This document shows positions 1 through 7,518 of a stretch of 64,000 nt of DNA, one piece after another. The notes under the pieces were generated by a model. The model ran no database searches, was not told the DNA's origin, and saw only the letters and a program-made list of their open reading frames with translations. The DNA lies in sequence record LC768500.1; one strand, given 5' to 3'. The stretch is from Klebsiella phage phiKp_32. Position 1 is the first letter of the stretch. Each line of letters starts with the position of its first letter. The position numbers were made by a program, and so were the translations under genes.

Positions 1-58
1 CGTTATTTTTGTTGACTGTAATTTAAAAGAATTCAGCGATCAAAATAACCAAAACATA

Positions 59-256
59 TTGGACGATGAAAATTATCTCTACGTCGTCATCCCTAAATTA
101 TTCCCTTGGTATAAGTGGGATAAGTTCCCGGTGAATACGTCTAACGACCTTGTCAGGATGATAGACGAATCGGGATTAGGGGATATGGGCGGGTTAAGAG
201 AACCAGTGCCAATGTATATGATGAATAACAGCCTAGCGGCCTATAGGGAGAATTAA
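59..256 (+). CDS. hypothetical small protein (weak; TTG start)
   Basis: 65-aa ORF bounded by an in-frame stop at 23-25. The start codon is TTG and no good RBS is visible. Confidence 0.2.
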   Translation: MDDENYLYVVIPKLFPWYKWDKFPVNTSNDLVRMIDESGLGDMGGLREPVPMYMMNNSLAAYREN

Positions 257-259
257 GAA

Positions 260-1555
260 ATGGGTGTGTTCACTCCAGGTACCGGTGATAATCCCACCGT
301 AACGACCGCTGAAGGACCTAAGATTTATGCTGATGACTATAAGTCCAGTATCGTCGATTCCGTCTATGTGCACGGGACGAGCTTACTGACTTTTGTTACA
401 GGTACTCCAGTAAGGACACAATACTACCGCCAATATCTTGGCGCTGATGAAGTTCCCGTCGGGCCACAGTTAGATGATATAAACACCTACCAGTCCTATA
501 CTCGAATCAACGACCTCATCATGAAATTCGAGGGTAAGCCGGCGTATTCATTTGACACCGATACCGCCGAATCAACAGAGACGGGTGGAGCTTACGTCAT
601 TTTTGATCTGAACCCAATTCAGGGTGATGTTTTTATCCGGGATATTGGTGACGGTCGTGCGGGTATTTACGTCGTAGAAGGCCAACCTGAACTTCGTAGC
701 TACGCAGCGGATAAAGTCTATTTTATCCAGTTCAAACTCATCGGTTTGATGACCCAAGCTATAGAAGACAATTTTAATAGTAAAGTCGTCAGGGAATATT
801 ACTATTCCAAAGATTCCGCTCTAAAAGGTGGGAACGCACTGCTATCTAAAGACCGTTTAGATGGCGTCAAAGAACTGATGCGGCTGTCCTTCGCCATTAC
901 GCAGCAGCTGTTACGTAAGAACTATTTTAACCCTGAAGAAACTATCACGTTTAAGAACGAAGAAGACGGTTTTGTTTATTACGATCCTTACTTGACGAGA
1001 TTCCTTACGTATGTTTTACCTTACCGAGAATTCCTCGGGGTCAAACCTATTAATCTCATCAATACTCAGGTGGGCGTTAAACACAACTATAACGACCAGC
1101 TTACGGTTTACGACGCGCTTCTCCAAATGAATAAGGATCTGCTTGCTGTTGTACCGCGTAAGATGTACGTTTATTCTCGTCGTCAGTTCTTCGGAACCCG
1201 GACATACGGCTCTCCGTTGATGACGAAAATAGACCGTTTCTATCAGGTGGAGAAACTCGAGTTCGATGGCATTCAGCGACTTAATTTACCTGTTAACGGT
1301 TATATCCTTTATCCTGACCCGGAACCGGGTAGTGAAGAGGATTTCTATTTCAGCGCTGGTTTCTTTGACGGGGTTCCGGCTAATGAATTTGAACGTTTAA
1401 CGCTGGACTTTTTCTTTAACAAAGTCAGAGATCGGGATGCGTTGCTGGCGTACGCTAAAACGGTATTAACGTTACCCGATAAAGATCTGGCTTATCAGGG
1501 CGGGGTTGTGGTGGCTATGATAGAACTATCCCGCAGAGTTTTAACTGGAGAATAA
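260..1555 (+). CDS. hypothetical protein, probable virion/structural-module protein
   Basis: 431-aa ORF with an AGGGAG RBS at 247-252. Its stop/start is coupled to the next gene. No recognisable catalytic motif. Confidence 0.6.
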   Translation: MGVFTPGTGDNPTVTTAEGPKIYADDYKSSIVDSVYVHGTSLLTFVTGTPVRTQYYRQYLGADEVPVGPQLDDINTYQSYTRINDLIMKFEGKPAYSFDTDTAESTETGGAYVIFDLNPIQGDVFIRDIGDGRAGIYVVEGQPELRSYAADKVYFIQFKLIGLMTQAIEDNFNSKVVREYYYSKDSALKGGNALLSKDRLDGVKELMRLSFAITQQLLRKNYFNPEETITFKNEEDGFVYYDPYLTRFLTYVLPYREFLGVKPINLINTQVGVKHNYNDQLTVYDALLQMNKDLLAVVPRKMYVYSRRQFFGTRTYGSPLMTKIDRFYQVEKLEFDGIQRLNLPVNGYILYPDPEPGSEEDFYFSAGFFDGVPANEFERLTLDFFFNKVRDRDALLAYAKTVLTLPDKDLAYQGGVVVAMIELSRRVLTGE

Positions 1556-1557
1556 TC

Positions 1558-2220
1558 ATGATCGAGCTCTTTCGTTATAAAGAGATTAGGAAGTCACTTA
1601 TTGCCCAACACGACATTATCGTTAATCGCAATTATCGTGTGTCTTTTCCTCGGCAATACTTAATGTCCTTGGATCAATTGGAGAACCGAGAAATCGTCCG
1701 TATGACGAGTGTGATCGATCCGGATTCACACACTCGGCCTTCCCCCATGACTGTGACGTTAGAGCGAGTTATCGATATTCTCAAACGGCTTCCTGATAGT
1801 AGGATACTCGCATTTAAACACAGCAGGGACGCACTGGAGATTTACGAAACTATTCAGGGGTATCTCAACAATTGGATAGAGATCATTTTAGAGGCCCCTG
1901 AATTCTCCTACCCTACGATCCAAGAGCTTTATGATTTGGAAAGTGTGGCCAAGTGGGCATTCCCGGTTTATCAACATGAAAAACGAATGATGTCGTTCAG
2001 GGAAAATAGGGATTTCAATAAGCAACAGTTCGCCCATCCTTTGCTAAGCCTGATTGGTGTGTTGAAGTCCGATGACGATGTTCCGTCATTTATCTCATTT
2101 TTGGATAACCGTCTTCCGCAACATCTCAAGGCTTATCGCAACGAAGAACTCTTTACGGAAGACTTAAAAGAAGTTCTTTCTTTTGACAACTCTTTATTTG
2201 GAATTAAGGGTGGGTTATGA
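1558..2220 (+). CDS. hypothetical protein
   Basis: 220-aa ORF. Its start is 2 nt after the previous stop, and its end overlaps the next start (ATGA at 2217-2220). This indicates an operon with the flanking genes. Confidence 0.6.
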   Translation: MIELFRYKEIRKSLIAQHDIIVNRNYRVSFPRQYLMSLDQLENREIVRMTSVIDPDSHTRPSPMTVTLERVIDILKRLPDSRILAFKHSRDALEIYETIQGYLNNWIEIILEAPEFSYPTIQELYDLESVAKWAFPVYQHEKRMMSFRENRDFNKQQFAHPLLSLIGVLKSDDDVPSFISFLDNRLPQHLKAYRNEELFTEDLKEVLSFDNSLFGIKGGL

Positions 2221-3563
2221 TACCCGTTAATATTAGTAACGTCTTAGAACAGGCGAAGCAGGTTGCCGCAACCAAACGCGCTACCATCTCTACGCTCGAG
2301 CTAACTCTTATAACCCCGGAATTACATTATCCCGTTCCTAACGTTCAGAGGCTCTCTAAGAGCTCTAATTTCTTGGAGGACGGGACGGATGTTTGGGCGA
2401 TTAACTTCTTGATGCAGCCTGGCGTTTTCTTAAAACAGATTCTTCCGTACAAAGATAACCTGCTCGTTGACTTAGTTGAGAGCACGGGACTCAATAGAAC
2501 ACTTCGTCGCCTTCGCGCGACAATTCCAATGGACGTTAATCCTCAAACCAGTTCGGATAACAGCGTCTATATTGATCCAGGCGTATTAGATCAAAACATG
2601 GTCGTTCCCGTCACGCTTATTTTGATCGATACAGTATACGAACAGTTACGTAACCAACCACTACTTGATAATTACTTAATGGCTACAACCAAAGACGTTT
2701 TGCATAATGTCTGGAGTCAACAAGGTCACGCCATTCAGTCTAACGGGGTTAACAAGTTTAAAGGAGTTGACATTGAAGAACCCACCGATAACCCTAGAGT
2801 TTATCGGCAGATTATGGTCAAGCACGGGACGCGCCTGACTCGTTTCGCGGACTATCTTCAGAATGAAGAAGGGCTGGGAATTTATACCCGTGGGTGCGGG
2901 TCTTTCTATCGAGACGGAATTTGGTACGTCTTTCCTATTTGTAAGCCCGAAAGATACGGTGCGGTGAAAAAGTCCTTAGATATTTATAAGTTCCCTGAGG
3001 ACGTTTTACCAGTAACAGAGCAAACGTATGGGACGACGGCGAACTCCACGTTAATACTTTCTACAGGTCCATCTAAATTGCTTGACGGTACTGATAACCT
3101 GAGACAGAATTTTGGTGCTGGTCAACAGATCATTTCTTCGGATGCGATTTCAGGAGAAGCTGGGTCACACTATAACAACGGAGCGAGTGTCACTCTACGA
3201 GCAGAGAAAGTGACTGAATACAGAACCACGCAGCGTGCTTCGGGGCAGGAGCTTATCGACATCAACCCCACTCCTACCAATAATGTTTTTAAAGAGATAA
3301 CTAAAAACGCCATGAGGGACTGCAAGGTACTGGAATTGAATTGGAGTAACTCCAATCCTTTTCTCATTACCCCAGGGGCGCCGGTTAAGTATTATTTCCT
3401 TAATGAACAAGGGACCCTCACCATCCAGGAAGGTACGGTAATATCGGAGCAGACCACCTATTACTCTGATTCGACCAGACCCCTCACACCGTTTAGAAAG
3501 AACTCTGTTCTGACCATACTCCTGCTCCCTATTCAGAATAGCACGATAACCCCGAACAATTAA
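2217..3563 (+). CDS. hypothetical protein
   Basis: 448-aa ORF translationally coupled to the upstream gene. The internal antisense ORFs 3170-3410 are taken as artefacts. Confidence 0.6.
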   Translation: MIPVNISNVLEQAKQVAATKRATISTLELTLITPELHYPVPNVQRLSKSSNFLEDGTDVWAINFLMQPGVFLKQILPYKDNLLVDLVESTGLNRTLRRLRATIPMDVNPQTSSDNSVYIDPGVLDQNMVVPVTLILIDTVYEQLRNQPLLDNYLMATTKDVLHNVWSQQGHAIQSNGVNKFKGVDIEEPTDNPRVYRQIMVKHGTRLTRFADYLQNEEGLGIYTRGCGSFYRDGIWYVFPICKPERYGAVKKSLDIYKFPEDVLPVTEQTYGTTANSTLILSTGPSKLLDGTDNLRQNFGAGQQIISSDAISGEAGSHYNNGASVTLRAEKVTEYRTTQRASGQELIDINPTPTNNVFKEITKNAMRDCKVLELNWSNSNPFLITPGAPVKYYFLNEQGTLTIQEGTVISEQTTYYSDSTRPLTPFRKNSVLTILLLPIQNSTITPNN

Positions 3564-3650
3564 AATTTGACATGGAGTTTTTTATAACACTATATGACCA
3601 CAGTGTATGAAAAACAAAATCTCATTTTTAATTTAATAGAGGAAATCATC

Positions 3651-4109
3651 ATGAAACGTTTTATCTCTGCGGCTATTCTTTCCGTTATTGCTATGAGTGC
3701 TACCGCAACTGAAAATACCAACATCTGGGGTTGTGTTACCAACGCTGGCAAAGTCGCCAGGGTTGATCTGGTAGAAGGAACTGGCGGCGTACAAGCAGTC
3801 TACACGTTCGGTAAGGCTGGGAGCGATCCTGAGCTCTCCGTTGCCAAGAAGCTCTCTGACGTTAAGTATACCGAGAAAGAAGCTTACGCCAACGGCATCC
3901 TGCAAACAACGTATTATCAGCTGACTTTCAATAATGGTCAGTACAGCTATATCACTGAACAGTTTAACAAGATCGCACGTCTTTACGTACTCAAGAACGA
4001 TAAAGTGATTTCGACTATTGAGTGCGAAGATATCATCGACGCGGGTGTTCTTGACAGCGAAAACATGATCAAAATCTTTCCTTACCATGAAAAGGTAAAG
4101 GATGAATAA
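3651..4109 (+). CDS. secreted/periplasmic protein with Sec signal peptide (moron-like)
   Basis: Start chosen at MKRFISAAILSVIAMSATA-TENT, with an AGAGGAAA RBS at 3638-3645. It has a typical n-h-c signal peptide and two Cys residues. Its own terminator lies at 4111-4170. Confidence 0.6.
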   Translation: MKRFISAAILSVIAMSATATENTNIWGCVTNAGKVARVDLVEGTGGVQAVYTFGKAGSDPELSVAKKLSDVKYTEKEAYANGILQTTYYQLTFNNGQYSYITEQFNKIARLYVLKNDKVISTIECEDIIDAGVLDSENMIKIFPYHEKVKDE

Positions 4110-4110
4110 A

Positions 4111-4170
4111 CCTCCTACCTCCACCCATAAGGGTGGAGGTAGGGTAACCTAATTTATTTTTTTTTATCCT
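4111..4170 (+). terminator. rho-independent terminator
   Basis: CCTCCTACCTCCACCC / GGGTGGAGGTAGG stem with an ATAA loop, followed by a T9 run. Confidence 0.85.
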
Positions 4171-4253
4171 GCAAAATCGAAGTCCGGGACACTATCCTTA
4201 TTTAAACCTATATTACGACCTAATGAAACTTAATGGTTTATCGGGAGCATTTA

Positions 4254-5264
4254 ATGGGATCAAGTTTAAGGCGAGATTTAAAAGAATTAGAGGAACATCC
4301 TCATTTTAAGGGGTTCTATAAGTGTCTTAGAGATGGGAGATTATGGCTCAATCCAGATAGCAACAATTACGTTATTTTGGAGAAGGATGGGAAAACTAAG
4401 AAGTTTTTTCTTTCTAAGAGAACGTCCAAAGGAGCCAGAGAGTATTTGAGGGTAACTATTTACGATAGCGGGAAAGAGCAGAACTCCTATCTTTATCACG
4501 TTATCAATGCCGAAACATTTTTAATAAAGCCCGACATACCCGATAGAAAACTGGAAGTTAATCACAAGAATTCTGACAGATGGGACGGGAGAGTTGACAA
4601 TCTTGAATATGTGACATCGCAAGAAAACATACGCCACGCTGTTGAGGCTGGTTCTTTTAATACGTTATCGGGATTTATTATAGATTTAACTACTGGAGAT
4701 AAATATTTCTTTTTCAGTTATTCGAGATTAATAACCGACTGGGGTTTTGACAGGTCCTCGGCAGAAAGCTATTTAAAAACCGATATGTCAGTCCCGCTTC
4801 TGTTTAAATGGGGGATAGAATTTGTCGGAGGTAAAAAATGCACTCTGACCAATGAGGATGTCGGTAAGTTCAGGAGAACACCAAAGTCCCCGATAAAGAT
4901 TTTAAATAAATCAACTGGTGAGGTGTCATGGGCCGTTAGCATGAAGGATTGTGCAAAAAAGATAGACTGTTCTCCTAGATTAATACATAAATTATTCTTT
5001 GGAAAAAATTCCTTCAGGTTAAAACAATGGGAAATTTCTTTTATAAATAATTACGAGGATTTTTTAAAATATCATGAGTATAAATCCACCATCGGCAAGG
5101 TCGGGGGTGTGCCAAAACCTATTTTCTTTATTCATGATAAAACCGGGGAGAAACTATCTTTTAAAACCATTACTGAAGCCTCAAAATACTTTAAGATTAC
5201 AAGAGGGAATCTTTCATTCTTAAGAAAACGCGGAAGTAAATTTTTAGGTTATAGTATAATCTGA
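4254..5264 (+). CDS. HNH homing endonuclease (HNH_3-type, free-standing)
   Basis: Motif VNHKNSDRWDGRVDNLEYVTSQENIRHA equals the HNH_3 catalytic core. Codons are extremely AT-rich. Start placed at ATG 4254 after a GGGAG RBS, although the ORF opens at 4233. Flanked by terminators. Confidence 0.7.
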   Translation: MGSSLRRDLKELEEHPHFKGFYKCLRDGRLWLNPDSNNYVILEKDGKTKKFFLSKRTSKGAREYLRVTIYDSGKEQNSYLYHVINAETFLIKPDIPDRKLEVNHKNSDRWDGRVDNLEYVTSQENIRHAVEAGSFNTLSGFIIDLTTGDKYFFFSYSRLITDWGFDRSSAESYLKTDMSVPLLFKWGIEFVGGKKCTLTNEDVGKFRRTPKSPIKILNKSTGEVSWAVSMKDCAKKIDCSPRLIHKLFFGKNSFRLKQWEISFINNYEDFLKYHEYKSTIGKVGGVPKPIFFIHDKTGEKLSFKTITEASKYFKITRGNLSFLRKRGSKFLGYSII

Positions 5265-5266
5265 TT

Positions 5267-5318
5267 CTATCCTTCCTCGCAAAAGCGAGGAAGGATAGAG
5301 GTATTTGTTTTTTTTTTT
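5267..5318 (+). terminator. rho-independent terminator after the HNH gene
   Basis: CTATCCTTCCTCGC / GCGAGGAAGGATAG stem with an AAAA loop, then a T11 run. It abuts the stop of the convergent helicase gene. Confidence 0.85.
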
Positions 5319-6858
5319 ACCCCATGAAGTCAAAGTCAGGTTGAGATTCGCCGTTTTCGTCTAACATGTGTTTAAAGGATTTCTTACCAGCGCACTTGGT
5401 ATTGATATCGTGAACTAACCCTAACACTGGATCGAGTGGATAGACCCAGAATCTTTCCGATAGAGGAGAACCTTCCCCTCTCATTTTAGACAGGTTTACT
5501 GTCCAGTAAGCTTTGTCGTCCACTGTTTTTGCAACATGCACTGTGATAACGCCATCACATTCGTTCGTTAATTTAGTCGAGCCTTCAGTCATGGACTTCC
5601 CGCCGACTTCTTTAGCGAAAGTCAGTTCTGCGTCGTCGTCTGATTCACGTAAGAACTTTTTAGCCTCTGGAGATAACTGGTGGGGTGTACAGAAACAAAT
5701 ACCGTGATTGACGATGAACCCACGGACACGCTTGTACAGGTCTTGTAAGCGATCAGAGCGAGATTCCCCAGAAGTCCCCTTGAGGTTAGCCATCCCTAAG
5801 TAATCGTAAGCCCAGAAAATGATTTCGTGACCCTTCATCTGTAACTTACGAATACGGTCAGTCATCTCATAATAGTTATCATTGACGGGATCGACTCGGT
5901 TCATGATTAAGAACCAGCCATTCTTCCTAAAACCGTCTGCGATAACTTGAGCGATGGTTTCAGGAAGCTCGTTCTTGAAGTCCCCTTGATGACCGAACTG
6001 GTTAACCATGATGAGTTTATACATACGCTCTATAATGATGTCTAACGCATCCTCAGCGGAATCCAGTACGATGGTAGGTATCTTAGATTTATCACGCAGC
6101 AGAGGTTTATTGTAGAGGCCCATCGACGCTACGATATGCCCCATGGTCAAGCTCTTACCCCTGTTTGTTAACGCCTCCCACATATAGAACTTGGAGCGAC
6201 GCAACCCATTATCGGGATATAGCGCTTTGTTTAGTCCCTGAAGACCTGTCTTTAACACACCTTCTTCCGACGATTCGATTTTAGCACGTTCAATGATATT
6301 AACGATGCCACTCAAATCGTCTGTATTGACTTCTTCTACCAAAGCGACGTTCTTATCAGCCAATACAGCTTCCGTCAATTTGGTTTCAATCATGTCGGCT
6401 ATTTTAGCCCAAGTGGTTTTATCCGTTTTACTCGGGTCGCCAAAATAAAGTTCTTTAATTTCGTTCTTAAAATCTTTATTGAACTTATCGTCACCAACTG
6501 CTTTTTTGACTTCTTGAATATGACGATAAATAATCTGCCGTGTTCTTTCTTCGCTAGGGTAGTCTTCTAATCCTGCTTCAATAGCTTTGGCTAACTCAGG
6601 TGCGTCTTTCATAAAGTCCATTACTCGTTGAGTGAGCAATGATTTTATGATCGGCTCATCTTCGGGTTGAGCTAAAATCCAGTCGATGGTATCGCGAATA
6701 GCGGTTTCTATTTTCTTATCCTGCGTGAACAAGTCGCCTTTAGAAATCGGTATCCCACTCAAAAGATCTTTCGCTTCCCCTAACAGAGTGACGTCTTTTA
6801 TTTTTTTAATTTGGTACATCGCACTGAGAATCTTAACCAGGATCAGTAACGTGCTCAT
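5317..6858 (-). CDS. DnaB-family replicative helicase-like RecA-fold ATPase
   Basis: Walker A is TNRGKSLTMGHIV. Walker B, DnaB style, is IIFWAYDYLGMA. H3 is SRSDRLQDLYKRVRGFIVNHGICFCTPHQLS and H4-like is ECDGVITVHV. The N-terminal 220 aa are divergent. Confidence 0.55.
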   Translation of the reverse strand: MSTLLILVKILSAMYQIKKIKDVTLLGEAKDLLSGIPISKGDLFTQDKKIETAIRDTIDWILAQPEDEPIIKSLLTQRVMDFMKDAPELAKAIEAGLEDYPSEERTRQIIYRHIQEVKKAVGDDKFNKDFKNEIKELYFGDPSKTDKTTWAKIADMIETKLTEAVLADKNVALVEEVNTDDLSGIVNIIERAKIESSEEGVLKTGLQGLNKALYPDNGLRRSKFYMWEALTNRGKSLTMGHIVASMGLYNKPLLRDKSKIPTIVLDSAEDALDIIIERMYKLIMVNQFGHQGDFKNELPETIAQVIADGFRKNGWFLIMNRVDPVNDNYYEMTDRIRKLQMKGHEIIFWAYDYLGMANLKGTSGESRSDRLQDLYKRVRGFIVNHGICFCTPHQLSPEAKKFLRESDDDAELTFAKEVGGKSMTEGSTKLTNECDGVITVHVAKTVDDKAYWTVNLSKMRGEGSPLSERFWVYPLDPVLGLVHDINTKCAGKKSFKHMLDENGESQPDFDFMG

Positions 6859-6872
6859 TTAAAAACTCCAAG

Positions 6873-7430
6873 GTGATGATAATGAATTTAATTTTTCAAG
6901 AGTCTCCTGACCGCCACCAGGTATGGTTATTAACTAATGATATGGTGAAAGCGGTTGAGAGATCTCGTATAAGATTCGATCAGTTAAATCGAATCCCAGA
7001 ATATCGAGATCGTTTTGCGGAATCCGATATTATTGCTATTGCTGTTTTACAATACAGCATGAGCCTTAAATTGGGTCGTCCGCTCCAGGACGTGTTTGAT
7101 CCAGACGCTTATGTGGGTGACGAAGGACTTGTCCTCAAGAGTAAGATTAGCAATGTATTAGCAGAACTCCCTCGTCTGACTGTAATAGCGGCGCTGAGTA
7201 ATCCTGCTCGTTATTACATTAAGAAAGTGGGCAATGACATTATTTTATGTCAAGGTGAGCTGGTTAAACCAGACACTAGCTGGACTGAGCTAAACGAATC
7301 TCTCTTCACTCACGCATTATTAAAAGGGATTTATAGCCAATACGGCTACCATCAATTGCATTTCCGAGAATTGAACCGACCGCAACGAGATAGCTTTACG
7401 TTAGCCGACGTTCTCCGCGTATTGTCTTAA
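6873..7430 (+). CDS. hypothetical protein
   Basis: 185-aa ORF with an AAGGTG RBS. It diverges from the helicase gene, with only 14 bp between the two start codons. Confidence 0.55.
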   Translation: MMIMNLIFQESPDRHQVWLLTNDMVKAVERSRIRFDQLNRIPEYRDRFAESDIIAIAVLQYSMSLKLGRPLQDVFDPDAYVGDEGLVLKSKISNVLAELPRLTVIAALSNPARYYIKKVGNDIILCQGELVKPDTSWTELNESLFTHALLKGIYSQYGYHQLHFRELNRPQRDSFTLADVLRVLS

Positions 7431-7451
7431 TCCCTGATGCATAAGGGGTTA

Positions 7452-7493
7452 AGTACATTTTATGTACTAGTGCCGTAAACAAATATTTGTTTA
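7452..7493. promoter_or_regulatory. pair of AT-rich palindromes immediately upstream of the capsid-candidate gene (operator/late-promoter candidate)
   Basis: AGTACAT-ttt-ATGTACT inverted repeat at 7452-7468. A perfect 18-bp palindrome TAAACAAATATTTGTTTA at 7476-7493 sits 26 nt before the start codon. Confidence 0.35.
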
Positions 7494-7518
7494 AAGCTTT
7501 GAATAAAGGAAATTATCG

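Noticed and set aside
3567-3595. Sigma70-like promoter for the secreted moron (TTGACA at 3567)
   Set aside because: A -35 hexamer is present, but no acceptable -10 lies at 16-18 nt spacing. TATAAC is only 10 nt downstream. It is too ambiguous to call.
3170-4124. Minus-strand ORFs 3170-3410 and 3633-4124
   Set aside because: They lie antisense to well-supported plus-strand genes, including the signal-peptide moron, and have no start signals.
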